Shown piece by piece: positions 1-9,716 of a DNA stretch of 60,345 nucleotides (position 1 is the first letter of the stretch; each line of letters begins with the position of its first letter). The translations under genes and the position numbers were made by a program. A model generated the notes under the pieces. It was given only the letters and a program-made list of their open reading frames with translations. It was not told the origin of the DNA and ran no database searches. The stretch comes from a bacterium (GTDB taxonomy: Bacteria > Blakebacterota > Blakebacteria > Blakebacterales > JAWOFN01): the NCBI GenBank assembly GCA_046497505.1, contig JAWOFN010000010.1, positions 1 through 60,345 of the forward strand, given 5' to 3'.

Positions 1-101
1 GCACAGAGATCCTCCAAGATCATCTCCTGCTTGTTGCCGAATCCGCCCCCGATGCGCGGCTTGATCACCCGAATGTCCTTCTCCGGCAGACCCACCAGCG
101 C
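1..101 (-). other. Internal fragment of a xanthine dehydrogenase/aldehyde oxidase family molybdopterin-binding subunit
   Basis: Minus-strand translation ALVGLPEKDIRVIKPRIGGGFGNKQEMILEDLC contains the GGGFGxK Moco-binding motif. It is out of frame with the HD gene and runs off the window edge. Confidence 0.75.
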
Positions 102-445
102 TCGATCTCCAGGAGCTTTCCCACGTCGTGGAGGAGTCCTCCGGCGATGAGGCGGTCCCGATCCACCTCGTACGGCATCGTCTCGTAGGAGCGCTGCTGT
201 CCCTCGGCGATGCCCAGGGCCCCCCAGGTCACGGCGAGGGTGTGCTCGATGAAGCCGATCCCGCCGCAGTCGGTGAGGAGGGTGAAGGGCATCCTGCGGA
301 CCTGTGCGAGTTCCTCCCAGCCCCCTTCCTCACACGCCATCAGCCACGCATCCACGGTCTTGTCCCGCATCCCTTCGTCCCGGATCCGCTCCAGCAGCGA
401 TCCGAACAGCTCGACGACCTCTTCGCGCGCGATCATCGCTCTCAT
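65..445 (-). CDS. HD-domain (HDIG-like) metal-dependent phosphohydrolase, 3'-truncated
   Basis: FIEHT...LIAGGLLHDVGKLLE motifs. ATG at 445 overlaps the upstream TGA (alternative ATG at 436). Family-like sequence ends abruptly near nt 100. Confidence 0.75.
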   Translation of the reverse strand: MRAMIAREEVVELFGSLLERIRDEGMRDKTVDAWLMACEEGGWEELAQVRRMPFTLLTDCGGIGFIEHTLAVTWGALGIAEGQQRSYETMPYEVDRDRLIAGGLLHDVGKLLEIERWWVCRRRTFG

Positions 446-1665
446 CCCTCCCTGCCGCCGGCGGATGCCGGTTCGGTGCGTCCCAGGGCTTCGATGACGG
501 CATCGGTCATCTCCCGGGTGGTGGCGGCACCCTGCTCCACCACGCCCGCCCCCCCCGAGATCTTCATCATATCGTAGGTCTGTACCCGACCCTCTGCCAC
601 CACCGCCCCCACGGCGGCCCGGATGTGCTCCGCCTTCGCGGTCTCCTCCAGGTGGTCCAGCATGAGGGCGGCGCTGAGGATCATGGCGATGGGGTTCACG
701 ATACTGGGCTCGAGTTCCGCGTACTTGGGTGCGGACCCATGGGTGGGTTCGAAGACCGCCACCTCGCGGCCCACGTTGGAGGAGGCGGCGAAGCCCAGGC
801 CCCCCACCAGGCCGGCGAAGGCGTCGGAGATGATGTCCCCGAACATGTTCCCCGCCGCGATGACCCCGTAGTCCTCGGGGTTCTTCGTGAGCCACATGGT
901 CTGCGCGTCGATGTTGGTCTCCCAGAGGGCGATGTCCGGGAACTCCTTCGCCACCTCCCGGCCCTCTCGGGTCAGCATGCCGGAGGTCTCCCGGATCACG
1001 TTCGGCTTCTCACAGATGGTCACCGAGCGGTAGCCGAACCGTTCGGCGTACCGGAATGCCTCCTCCATGAGCCGCCGGCATGCGGGCCGGGTGAAGATCC
1101 GGGTCGAGATGGCCAGATCCTCCCCCGGGGTGTTTTTGAAGCGCTCGAATTTGGGATGGGTGGCGAAGGCCTCCCGGACCTGCGGGGGCGGGCCGGTCCA
1201 CTCCACCCCGGAGTAGAGTCCCTCGGTGTTCTGCCGGAAGACGGCCACGTCCACCCGGGGCTCGACCACCGTGCCGTCCCCGCCGCGCCGGATGAAGTTC
1301 AGGGGGTTGCCGGGGAAGGAGACGCAGGGACGGACCGAGATGTCCAGGTCGAAGACCTGTCGGAGTCCCACGATGGGGCTGTAATAGACGAAACCCTGGT
1401 CACGGAGTCCCCGGTCGAGTTCCTCGGCCGCCTCGTCCTTCGGCTTGCTGGTGATGGCACCGAAGAGACCCACCTTGTGCTCGGCCAGCAGATCGATGGT
1501 GCGCTGCGGCAGGGCGTTGCCCTCCCGCTGCCAGAACTCCCATCCGATGTCTGCGTGTACGTAGTCTGCGGTGAATCCGGCTGCCTCCAGCACCCGGAGG
1601 GACTCATCCAGGACGATCTGTCCGATGCCGTCCCCGGGCATGGTGACGATGGTGCGTTCTGCCAT
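442..1665 (-). CDS. Isocitrate/isopropylmalate dehydrogenase family protein
   Basis: MPGDGIG, RQNTEGLY, NMFGDIISD and FEPTHGSAPKYA motifs; AGGAG RBS before ATG 1665. Substrate cannot be determined from sequence. Confidence 0.92.
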   Translation of the reverse strand: MAERTIVTMPGDGIGQIVLDESLRVLEAAGFTADYVHADIGWEFWQREGNALPQRTIDLLAEHKVGLFGAITSKPKDEAAEELDRGLRDQGFVYYSPIVGLRQVFDLDISVRPCVSFPGNPLNFIRRGGDGTVVEPRVDVAVFRQNTEGLYSGVEWTGPPPQVREAFATHPKFERFKNTPGEDLAISTRIFTRPACRRLMEEAFRYAERFGYRSVTICEKPNVIRETSGMLTREGREVAKEFPDIALWETNIDAQTMWLTKNPEDYGVIAAGNMFGDIISDAFAGLVGGLGFAASSNVGREVAVFEPTHGSAPKYAELEPSIVNPIAMILSAALMLDHLEETAKAEHIRAAVGAVVAEGRVQTYDMMKISGGAGVVEQGAATTREMTDAVIEALGRTEPASAGGREG

Positions 1666-1790
1666 GGGATAGGAGCTCCTTGTCCTGCAGGTTCGTGAAG
1701 AGCCCATCGGAGACGACCGGGGTCGGACCGACGGGCTCGTCAGACAGAGCGGAAGCAGCGGAGTCGGGGCGGGCTCCTATTTCAGACGCT

Positions 1791-1819
1791 AAGGTATGAT
1801 TTGGCGCAGCAGGGGTCAA
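1791..1819 (-). promoter_or_regulatory. Putative sigma70 promoter for the dehydrogenase operon
   Basis: Minus strand TTGACC-17 nt-TACCTT. Confidence 0.55.
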
Positions 1820-1858
1820 TGCATCCTGGAGAGGCCCCGCTGCCCCATGCGGGAGGGT

Positions 1859-4012
1859 TCAGAAAGCACCTCCCTCATCCACGGGCACGCGGGCCAGGCC
1901 GGCGGCCTGCAGGTCGCGCAGGTAGGTGACGACCTTCTCGAGGGACCGCAGTCCGAACTGGGCACTCAGCGTGTTCCGGATGTCAAGGGCACTGCGGGTG
2001 CCGTCGATGTAGTTGGTCAGCTCGTATCGGAGCACCGTGTCCCGCCAGAAGGATCTCCCCGGCCCCCGCGTGTAGTACACCCGGCGTTCCTCGGGCAGGT
2101 GCGAGAGGAGCCACTGATCGTTGATGGGACCCCGGGTCGTGCGTTCCAGCACCAGATTGGTGGCCTCCTTCCGTTCGGGGAGAGGGGCGATGGGGAGCAG
2201 CTGGGGGAGGGGGAGCATGCCCCGGTCCCCCGCGATCCGATCCAGTTCCGTCTCCAGCACACGCTGCTTGATCACCGCGCCGTGGGCCTCCAGCTGGGCC
2301 CTGGCCCGGATCACCGAGGCCTGGAAACGGCTGGCTGCCGCGGAGTCATCGCCCGCCGGGGAGAGACGTTCCAGGCTGGAGACTGCCCGCATCTCCCGAT
2401 CCAGCTGGGCCTCCAGCAGGGTCCGGGCGTCCCGGACCAGCAGCGCGGCCTCCACGTCCTCCATCTCCGGGTCGAGCCGCTCCAGCATGTCCAGGATCAT
2501 CTCCTGGTCGGTGTGAAGCCGCTGCAGTCCCAGGGCGACCCGTTCCTGGAGGAGGGCGTCCGTCCGGGCCGGTCCCAGGTCCGCCAGGGACCAGGCGGTC
2601 GCCGCGGCGATCACGCCGGCCCGCTTCAGTGTGGTGGGGTCGACCTTGTCCGGGGTGTCGTCACTGCTGTGGTAGTAGGGATCCGGGGAGGTGTTGAACA
2701 TCACGCTGGGGATGCCGACCGCCCCGTCCATGAGCATGTAGTGGTCGGAGCCGCCGGAGTAGGGATCCACGCGGTAGTTCATGGGACCGCGGGTCCCCCG
2801 CGGCTCGGCGAGTCCCAGGTCCGCGGTCCAGCGGAGAGCCTGGGACGCGACGTCGTCCAGGATGGAGGAGGCACTGGCCGGGGCCTGGAAGAGGTGGAGG
2901 ACACTGGTGCCCGGCGGGGTCCCCACCATGTCCAGGTTGATGGCGAAGGCCACGCGCCTTCCCAGGTCCGGCTGGGCGTCGATCCAGGCCGCCGTCCCGT
3001 ACATCTCCGGGACCCAGAGGAACCGGATGGTCCGCGCCGGGGCCGGCAGGGTACCGTCGGAGACCAGCCGACTCAGTCCCCGGGCCAGGTCGAGGAGCAC
3101 GGCCGAACCGGAGGCGTTGTCGTTGGCGCTCGGCTTCGGATGGTCGAGGTGGGCCAGAAGCAGGATCTCCTGATCGGGATACCGGTTCCCCTCGAGGGCA
3201 GCGGTGACGAGGTCGAGACGGCCGTCCTGGATCTCGCTCTCCACCCGGGCATGCAGACGGACCTCTTCACCCCGGGCCAGCAGTCCCTTCAGGTCGTGGG
3301 CCCGACGCCGGCTGATGTTGAAGCCCCACCGCAGGTGTTCCCGCTCCCCGGCCCGGGGCCACATCCCCGTGTAGCGTACTTGGTCGGGATGGTCCGGGTC
3401 GTCGTTCCAGCAGACCACCCCGAGGGCCCCGTGCTGCAGTACGGCCAGACGATGCACGTCCCCGCCGTAGCCGCTGGCCAGCACGATCCTGCCGGCCACG
3501 TCGGTGGTGTCGTAGAACGCCTCGTCCAGCCCGGTGCCTGCGTCCACCAGGACCCCCTCCTCGTCCGCCGGCGCGGAGAGCGTCACCAGGTGGTTGGCGA
3601 TCTCGCTGTAGCGGGCGATCCGTTCCCGCCGGGGGGCGGTCATCCACAGCTCCGCCTCCTCCACGGTCCACCCCACCGGGGAGAGCCAGGTCTGGTAGGT
3701 GATCCGGCCGTCGCTGGGATAGGAGAGGAGGGAGGCGTCCTCATAACCACAGGCCTGGAGCCGGTCCCTCACGTAGCAGGCCGCCTCAGCCATCATGGGG
3801 GAGGCCTGGATCCGGTGGTGCCGGGTGATCGCGCGCAGGTAGTGCATGGCGATCTCACCCGAGAGTTCGGCGGCCAGGGCCTCACCCACGGAAGGATCGA
3901 GGGGCAGGTTGGGGTGGATGGACCCTCCCTGCCCGCGGGCGTTCCCGGCGGGGCATGTCAGCAGGAGGACCAGGAGGGGGGCGAGGATCGAAGCGGCGCT
4001 GCGGTTGCTCAC
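1859..4012 (-). CDS. Exported M28-family aminopeptidase-like protein with PA domain (DUF4910-like)
   Basis: Signal peptide; AHLDH, SANDNASG, PEMYG, NLDMVG and YYHSSDD zinc-ligand motifs. Confidence 0.85.
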   Translation of the reverse strand: MSNRSAASILAPLLVLLLTCPAGNARGQGGSIHPNLPLDPSVGEALAAELSGEIAMHYLRAITRHHRIQASPMMAEAACYVRDRLQACGYEDASLLSYPSDGRITYQTWLSPVGWTVEEAELWMTAPRRERIARYSEIANHLVTLSAPADEEGVLVDAGTGLDEAFYDTTDVAGRIVLASGYGGDVHRLAVLQHGALGVVCWNDDPDHPDQVRYTGMWPRAGEREHLRWGFNISRRRAHDLKGLLARGEEVRLHARVESEIQDGRLDLVTAALEGNRYPDQEILLLAHLDHPKPSANDNASGSAVLLDLARGLSRLVSDGTLPAPARTIRFLWVPEMYGTAAWIDAQPDLGRRVAFAINLDMVGTPPGTSVLHLFQAPASASSILDDVASQALRWTADLGLAEPRGTRGPMNYRVDPYSGGSDHYMLMDGAVGIPSVMFNTSPDPYYHSSDDTPDKVDPTTLKRAGVIAAATAWSLADLGPARTDALLQERVALGLQRLHTDQEMILDMLERLDPEMEDVEAALLVRDARTLLEAQLDREMRAVSSLERLSPAGDDSAAASRFQASVIRARAQLEAHGAVIKQRVLETELDRIAGDRGMLPLPQLLPIAPLPERKEATNLVLERTTRGPINDQWLLSHLPEERRVYYTRGPGRSFWRDTVLRYELTNYIDGTRSALDIRNTLSAQFGLRSLEKVVTYLRDLQAAGLARVPVDEGGAF

Positions 4013-4235
4013 AGGAGGATTCCTCCCTGGATGCGGTGGTGCCGGTGCGGCAGGCGGTTCCGGATGCCTCTAAAGTCAGGAGACCCCGCAGGGGTGTCAA
4101 TGCCCAAGCCCCCCGAAGGTGCCCTCCGAAACCTCCCCGGCCGGGAGTACGTAGCGGGAGAAGGAGAGAAAAAACATCATCGGACCTCTCGCCGGGGCCC
4201 AGGAGGGTTCCCGGCATCTGCTCACCGGGGAGCGT

Positions 4236-4562
4236 GTGGCCGTCTATGCGGGGGCGGGCGAAGTGGATGCCGCCGGGGTGGACGGTGATCTTCGGCTGGA
4301 CTCCCACAGCGGCAGCGTGACGGCCGTGGACATCCGTGGTAGGCTCACGGCGGATACCGGTTCCGGGAGGGTGCTGGTGTACCTTCCCCAGGCGATCAAC
4401 GCAGAACTCGAGGTGGATACGGGGAGCGGCGGGATCGACATCGAGGTCCCCGTGGACCACCGGAAGAAGAGTCGGAGCCACGTACTTGGCCAGATCGGTG
4501 ATGGCAGCGGCCGCATCTATATCGACACCGGGTCCGGAGAGGTCCGCATCCTTTGCAGGTAG
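4236..4562 (+). pseudogene. DUF4097-type beta-strand repeat protein, C-terminal fragment
   Basis: Repeats DSHSGSV, DTGSGRV, DTGSGGI and DTGSGEV; short and lacking an N-terminal signal region. Confidence 0.55.
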
Positions 4563-5496
4563 GCCGCTTCCGCGTCCGCGGGTCCTCCAGAGGATCCTCA
4601 CAGCATCCGCCCTGGCAGGCCTGGTCTTCGCCGGGGCGGTCTCCTCATCCGCCGCCCAGTTCCCCGCCCCTGCCCTGCAGAGGAGCTTCTCCCTGGAGGC
4701 GGAGGGGACCGTGAGACTGGAGAGTCCCCGCGGTCCGGTGACGGTCCGGACGGGGCCTCCGGGGCAGGTCACGGTCAGGGCGTGGGTGGAGGCCGGATCT
4801 GCAGGGTCCGATCCGCTGGACCTCCGGCGCGGTGAGGAGGGGCTGGAGATCACCGTGTCCTCTCCGGGCCCGGAGGGACCGGGGCCGCGGCCCCGGGTGC
4901 GCTTCGAACTCCTCCTGCCCCCGGCATCGGACCTCGTGCTGCGGGTCGGGGAGGGGGACCTCTCGGTGGAGGGTGTGGGCGGGAGGGTACGCATGGAGAC
5001 CGATTCCGGTGATCTCACGGCCCGCTCATGCGGGGATGTCGCAGCCGGTTCGGTGAACGGCGACATCGCCCTCGACTCCTGCCGCAGCGCCGAGGCCAAC
5101 ACCGTCTCGGGTACGATCCGGATACGCGGTGTGGAGGGCCCGGTGACCGCCACCTGCGTGTCCGGGAGCATCTACATGGAGGAGATGGTCTCCCCCTCGG
5201 TACGCGCCAGCACCACCGGGGGCGACATCCGTTTCATGGGGTCGGTGCTGGAGGGGGGGACCTACCGGCTCTCCAGCCACTCGGGGGACATCGCCTTCAC
5301 CGCCCGGGGAGGCCGGGGTTTCGTCCTGAACCTGAGCACCTTCAGCGGCAGTATCGCCATACCCCTGGATGTGACCCTCACCTCGAGTCCTATCAGCCGC
5401 CGCTCCCTCCGGGGACGCTGGGGGGATGCCGCGGCATCGGTGGAATTGGATGCGTTCTCGGGGAATATCCGGCTGGAAGCCTCCGCCCGCCGTTGA
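4563..5496 (+). CDS. DUF4097-type beta-strand repeat (putative adhesin) protein; start uncertain
   Basis: Signal-peptide-like segment followed by repeats TDSGDL, SVNGDI, TVSGTI, TTGGDI, SHSGDI and TFSGSI; no canonical start codon directly before the signal segment. Confidence 0.75.
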
Positions 5497-5579
5497 CGGA
5501 GCCCCCAGCATGTTCGAGATTGCGGGTGCCGGCGGCCGTCAGGCCGCGGGTCATTGACGGCCTTCCAGGGAGGGGAAGC

Positions 5580-5783
5580 ATGCCGAGCATCATCCTGAAC
5601 GGGGAGCCCCGGGAGATCCAGGAGGGGACCTCCGTCCGCGACCTGCTCGAGGGGCTCGACCTCCTGGACCGACCGGTGGCCGTCGAACGCAACCGCTCCA
5701 TCGTCTCCCGAGACCGTTTCGATACCACGCTCCTGGAAGAGGGAGACCGTATCGAAGTGGTCTCCTTCGTCCCGGGGGGCTGA
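5580..5783 (+). CDS. thiS: Sulfur carrier protein ThiS
   Basis: 67 aa, LNGE...VAVERN...[13 protein letters not shown] with C-terminal GG; upstream of thiG. Confidence 0.93.
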   Translation: MPSIILNGEPREIQEGTSVRDLLEGLDLLDRPVAVERNRSIVSRDRFDTTLLEEGDRIEVVSFVPGG

Positions 5784-5808
5784 TATCCTCGAGTACCGGA
5801 GGAATCCC

Positions 5809-6597
5809 ATGGGTACATCCGCTTCGACCGACCCCTTCGCCCTGGGCGGACGGGAGTTCTCCTCCCGGCTCATTTTGGGGACGGGGAAGTACAGGGACTT
5901 CGACGAGACCCGCCGGGCCGCGGAGGCCTCGGGTGCCGAGATCGTGACGGTGGCGGTACGCCGGACCAACATCACCGACCCGGACCAGGACAATCTCCTG
6001 GACTACCTTCCCCCGGACGAGTTCTTCATCCTCCCCAACACGGCGGGCTGCTACGGTGCCGAGGAGGCGGTGCGATACGCCATGCTGGCCCGGGAAGCCG
6101 GTGTGGGGAACTGGGTGAAGCTGGAGGTGATCGGGGACGAGAAGACCCTTTTCCCCGACACGGTCGAGACCCTGGCGGCCGCGAAGACCCTGGTCGACGA
6201 GGGTTTCGTGGTCCTCCCCTACACCAACGACGATCCGGTCGTCGCGAAGCGTCTGGAGGAGATCGGCTGTGCTGCGGTGATGCCCCTCGCCGCCCCCATC
6301 GGGTCGGGGCTGGGTATCCGCAACCCCTACAACATCCGCCTCATCCAGGAGTCGGTCTCCCTGCCGGTCATCGTGGACGCGGGCGTCGGTACCGCCAGCG
6401 ACGCGGCGCAGGTCATGGAACTCGGTGCCGACGGGGTCCTCATGAACACCGCCGTCGCGGGGGCCGATGACCCCATCGCCATGGCGCATGCCATGCGGCT
6501 GGCCGTGGAGGGGGGACGCCTCGCCTACCGGGCGGGGCGGATCCCCCGCCGGATGTTCGCCACCGCCAGCACCACCATCGAAGGGATGCTGGACTGA
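5809..6597 (+). CDS. thiG: Thiazole synthase
   Basis: [37 protein letters not shown] and DAGVG motifs. Confidence 0.97.
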   Translation: MGTSASTDPFALGGREFSSRLILGTGKYRDFDETRRAAEASGAEIVTVAVRRTNITDPDQDNLLDYLPPDEFFILPNTAGCYGAEEAVRYAMLAREAGVGNWVKLEVIGDEKTLFPDTVETLAAAKTLVDEGFVVLPYTNDDPVVAKRLEEIGCAAVMPLAAPIGSGLGIRNPYNIRLIQESVSLPVIVDAGVGTASDAAQVMELGADGVLMNTAVAGADDPIAMAHAMRLAVEGGRLAYRAGRIPRRMFATASTTIEGMLD

Positions 6598-7241
6598 AGG
6601 CGCCCCTGAGGACCCTCCTCATAACCGATGCGGAGCGGTACGGTGTGGAGGAGAGCCTGGAGGTGATCCGCGCCGCGGCCGAGGCCGGTGTGGAGGGGGT
6701 GCAGGTCCGCGAGAAGGGGTGGGATGCCCGTCCTCTGGTGGGATTCACCCGGAGGGTGCTGGAGACGGCCCGGCCCTGGGACATGAGGGTCGTGATCAAC
6801 GGGCGGCTGGACGTCGCCCTGGCGACCGGCGCCCACGGCGTGCATCTGGGAGGGGGTGCACTGCATCCGGAGGCCGCCCGGGAACTGGCGGACAGGCTCG
6901 GACGGGCGGACTTCCTCGTCGGGGTCTCCACCCACAGCCGGGCCGATGTCGCCCGGGCCTCGGCGGGCATCGCCGACTACGTGCTCTTCGGCCCCGTGTT
7001 CGCCACCCCGAGCAAGGCCCCTTACGGCCCCCCCCAGGGGCTCGCGGAACTGGAGGCGGTCTGCGCGGATGGCTGGGTGCCCGTGCTCGCCGTAGGGGGG
7101 GTCGACCCCGCGAACACCGCCGACGTGCTGAGGGCCGGTGCGGCGGGCAGTGCCTGCATCCGGGCCCTCTTCGAGGCCGAAGACCCCCGGGAGGCCGCCC
7201 GGCGCTGGGTCTCGGCTTCATCGTCCGGGGAGGTCCGTTGA
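6594..7241 (+). CDS. thiE: Thiamine phosphate synthase (ThiE/TenI family)
   Basis: [27 protein letters not shown] and AVGG motifs. The LLITD first strand lies upstream of GTG 6645, implying a CTG start at 6594. Confidence 0.85.
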   Translation: MKAPLRTLLITDAERYGVEESLEVIRAAAEAGVEGVQVREKGWDARPLVGFTRRVLETARPWDMRVVINGRLDVALATGAHGVHLGGGALHPEAARELADRLGRADFLVGVSTHSRADVARASAGIADYVLFGPVFATPSKAPYGPPQGLAELEAVCADGWVPVLAVGGVDPANTADVLRAGAAGSACIRALFEAEDPREAARRWVSASSSGEVR

Positions 7242-7341
7242 ACGCGGACAGGTCCCCGGCGCTGCAGTCGGGGAGGACATCGGGGGCTCAAGCAGGGCCC
7301 GTGAACCGTACATGGGAAGAAGACCACCAGGAGGGAACGGC

Positions 7342-8229
7342 ATGGATGCTATACGCGAGACCGAATTCGACGGGCTGACCCTGGCGAGCCGGGGCAAGGT
7401 CCGGGACATCTACGACCTGGGTGATGAACTGATCATCGTCGCCAGCGACCGGCTGTCGGCCTTCGACGTGGTCCTTCCCGATCCCATCCCCCGGAAGGGC
7501 GAGGTCCTCAACCGTGTCTCCGCCTTCTGGTTCGAGAAGATGGAGCAGATCGTCCCCAACCACATGATCTCCATCGACGTCGGGGATTACCCGGAGGCGG
7601 CACAGCCCTATGCGGAGCAGCTGGAAGGGCGCAGCATGCTCGTGAAGCGGGCCGATCCGGTCATGGTGGAGTGCGTGGTCCGGGGCTATATCGCCGGCTC
7701 CGGCTGGAAGGAGTACCAGGAGGCCTCTTCGGTGAGCGGGGTGCCGCTGTCGCCGGGTCTCAAGAAGGCGGACAAGCTCCCCGAGCCGATCTTCACCCCG
7801 GCCACCAAGGCGGAACGGGGGCTCCACGACGAGAACATCTCCTTCGAGCGGATGCGTTCCCTCGTCGGTGAGGACCTGGCCCGGGCCCTGCGCGAGATCT
7901 CCGTGGAGATCTACCTCAAGGGGTCGGAGTACGCGGCGGAGAAGGGGATCATCATCGCCGACACCAAGTTCGAGTTCGGTCTCATCGACGGCGAGATCAT
8001 CCTCATCGACGAGGTGCTCACCCCCGATTCCAGCCGGTTCTGGCCCCGGGAGACCTACGAGCCGGGTCAGGACCAGGAGAGTCTGGACAAGCAGTACGTG
8101 CGGAACTACCTGGAGACGCTGGAGTGGGACAAGACCCCTCCGGGGCCCCGGCTCCCCGAGGAGGTCGTCGAGGAGACCTCCCGGAAGTACCAGGAGATCT
8201 ACCAGCGTCTCACCGGATCCCCCCTCTAG
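7342..8229 (+). CDS. purC: SAICAR synthetase
   Basis: GKVRDIY, SDRLSAFD, ECVVRGY, DTKFEFG and DEVLTPDSSRFW motifs; GGAGG RBS. Confidence 0.97.
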   Translation: MDAIRETEFDGLTLASRGKVRDIYDLGDELIIVASDRLSAFDVVLPDPIPRKGEVLNRVSAFWFEKMEQIVPNHMISIDVGDYPEAAQPYAEQLEGRSMLVKRADPVMVECVVRGYIAGSGWKEYQEASSVSGVPLSPGLKKADKLPEPIFTPATKAERGLHDENISFERMRSLVGEDLARALREISVEIYLKGSEYAAEKGIIIADTKFEFGLIDGEIILIDEVLTPDSSRFWPRETYEPGQDQESLDKQYVRNYLETLEWDKTPPGPRLPEEVVEETSRKYQEIYQRLTGSPL

Positions 8230-8381
8230 GGGTCCGTCGGGTACCACCGTCCGGCCCGTCCGAGGGGTCCCGGGACGGGCCCCGCGTCGGGCATTCCCTT
8301 GATGAGAGGGGTCCGGGCCCCACAGGTTTCCTGTGGAGGCATCGACCAGACACGCAGCATGATTCGGAGAGTGAGCGTACC

Positions 8382-9104
8382 GTGGAACCGAGGGAAGGCG
8401 AACCGAGGAGAAGACAGCCGGCGGACCCCGAAAGGGAAGCGGAGTCGGCCGAGGACCGTGAGGACCTCAGCCGCTACCTGAGCTATCTCCTGCGGCACCA
8501 TCCGGAGGATGCCGACTTCCGGGTGGACGACCGGGGATGGGCGAGCATCGAGGAAATGGTGGCCGGCGCGCGTGCGGTGGGCCGTAAACTCACGGTGAAC
8601 GACGTGATGCGGGTGGTGGAGACGGATCCGAAAGGGAGGTTCGCCCTGAGCGACGATCGTCTCAGCATCCGTGCCAACTACGGTCACTCCATGCCGGTGG
8701 ACCTGGGCCTGGAGGCTGAGACCCCCCCTGAGATCCTCTACCACGGCACGGCCTACCGCTTCCGGGAGGAGATACTGGAGAAGGGCATCGAGCCCCGGGA
8801 GCGCCAGCACGTGCACCTGAGCGAGCGGCCCGAGGAGGCGACGGACGTGGGGCGGCGGCACGGGCGCCCCGCTCTCATCCAGGTGGAGGCCCTCCGGATG
8901 ACAGAGGAGGGCTTCGCCTTCTACCGGTCGGAATCGGAGGCGGGGATCTGGCTGACCCGGGAGGTCCCTCCCGAGTACCTTTCCCTGCCCGATGAAGAAG
9001 AGGAAGAGACCGTCTCACCCGAACCCGGAGTACCGAGTGAACCCCGACCCCGAACAGACACGTCGTCCCCCGGCCCTGAACCTCCGCGTAGGTCGGATAT
9101 CTGA
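8382..9104 (+). CDS. kptA: RNA 2'-phosphotransferase (KptA/Tpt1)
   Basis: LSYLLRH, KGRF, IRANYGHS, LYHGT, RQHVHLS and VGRRHG motifs; start uncertain. Confidence 0.92.
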   Translation: MEPREGEPRRRQPADPEREAESAEDREDLSRYLSYLLRHHPEDADFRVDDRGWASIEEMVAGARAVGRKLTVNDVMRVVETDPKGRFALSDDRLSIRANYGHSMPVDLGLEAETPPEILYHGTAYRFREEILEKGIEPRERQHVHLSERPEEATDVGRRHGRPALIQVEALRMTEEGFAFYRSESEAGIWLTREVPPEYLSLPDEEEEETVSPEPGVPSEPRPRTDTSSPGPEPPRRSDI

Positions 9105-9525
9105 GGCGGTGGAGCACCCCGACGCCGACCGCCTGCTGGTCCTCACCGTGGACCTGGGGGAGGAGCAGCGCCAGCTCGTGGCCGGACTGGCCCAGGAATA
9201 CGAGCTGGAGGAGCTGGAGGGCAAGCACGTGGTGGTGGTGACCAACCTCAAGCCCGCGGTACTGCGGGGCGAGAAGAGCGAGGGTATGGTCCTGGCCGCC
9301 CACGGTGAGGAGCAGATCGGGCTGCTGCTGGCTCCCGACGCCGAACCGGGTACACGGGTGTGCCTCTCCGACGAGGCGACCGTGACCCCTCCCGACCAGA
9401 TCACCATCGACGACTTCTCCGAGCACGAGATCATCGCCTCCCCCCGGGGGGTGACACTGGATGGTGAACTGCTGGACTGCGTCAGCCTCGAGGTGGACCG
9501 CGAGGCCTACGGACGGGTGAGTTAG
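9037..9525 (+). CDS. Free-standing tRNA-binding OB-fold protein (MetRS C-terminal/Trbp111/CsaA family) with C-terminal extension
   Basis: LRVGRI..HPDADRLLVL.VDLGEEQRQLVAGL, NLKPAVLRGEKSEGMVLA; GGAG RBS before GTG 9037. Confidence 0.85.
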   Translation: MNPDPEQTRRPPALNLRVGRISEAVEHPDADRLLVLTVDLGEEQRQLVAGLAQEYELEELEGKHVVVVTNLKPAVLRGEKSEGMVLAAHGEEQIGLLLAPDAEPGTRVCLSDEATVTPPDQITIDDFSEHEIIASPRGVTLDGELLDCVSLEVDREAYGRVS

Positions 9526-9716
9526 GGACCAGATCGCATCTCCCCGCACCCCGGGGACACCCGCAGGGAATCCGAGTGCTGCACTTTTCCCGCTGGAAAC
9601 GTGTCAGGGGCCTCCAGTAGGCTTCCTAACGCAATCCGGTACATCCCGCCCCGCCTGCGGGCGGTTCACCCGAATCAGAACGGGTCCGGAGACGGACCCC
9701 CAAGGGAGGAAATAGG

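Noticed and set aside
1796-4288. 830-aa plus-strand ORF
   Set aside because: Antisense shadow of the M28 peptidase gene.
5497-5579. TPP riboswitch upstream of thiS
   Set aside because: The gap is short and lacks the CTGAGA and downstream conserved TPP motifs.
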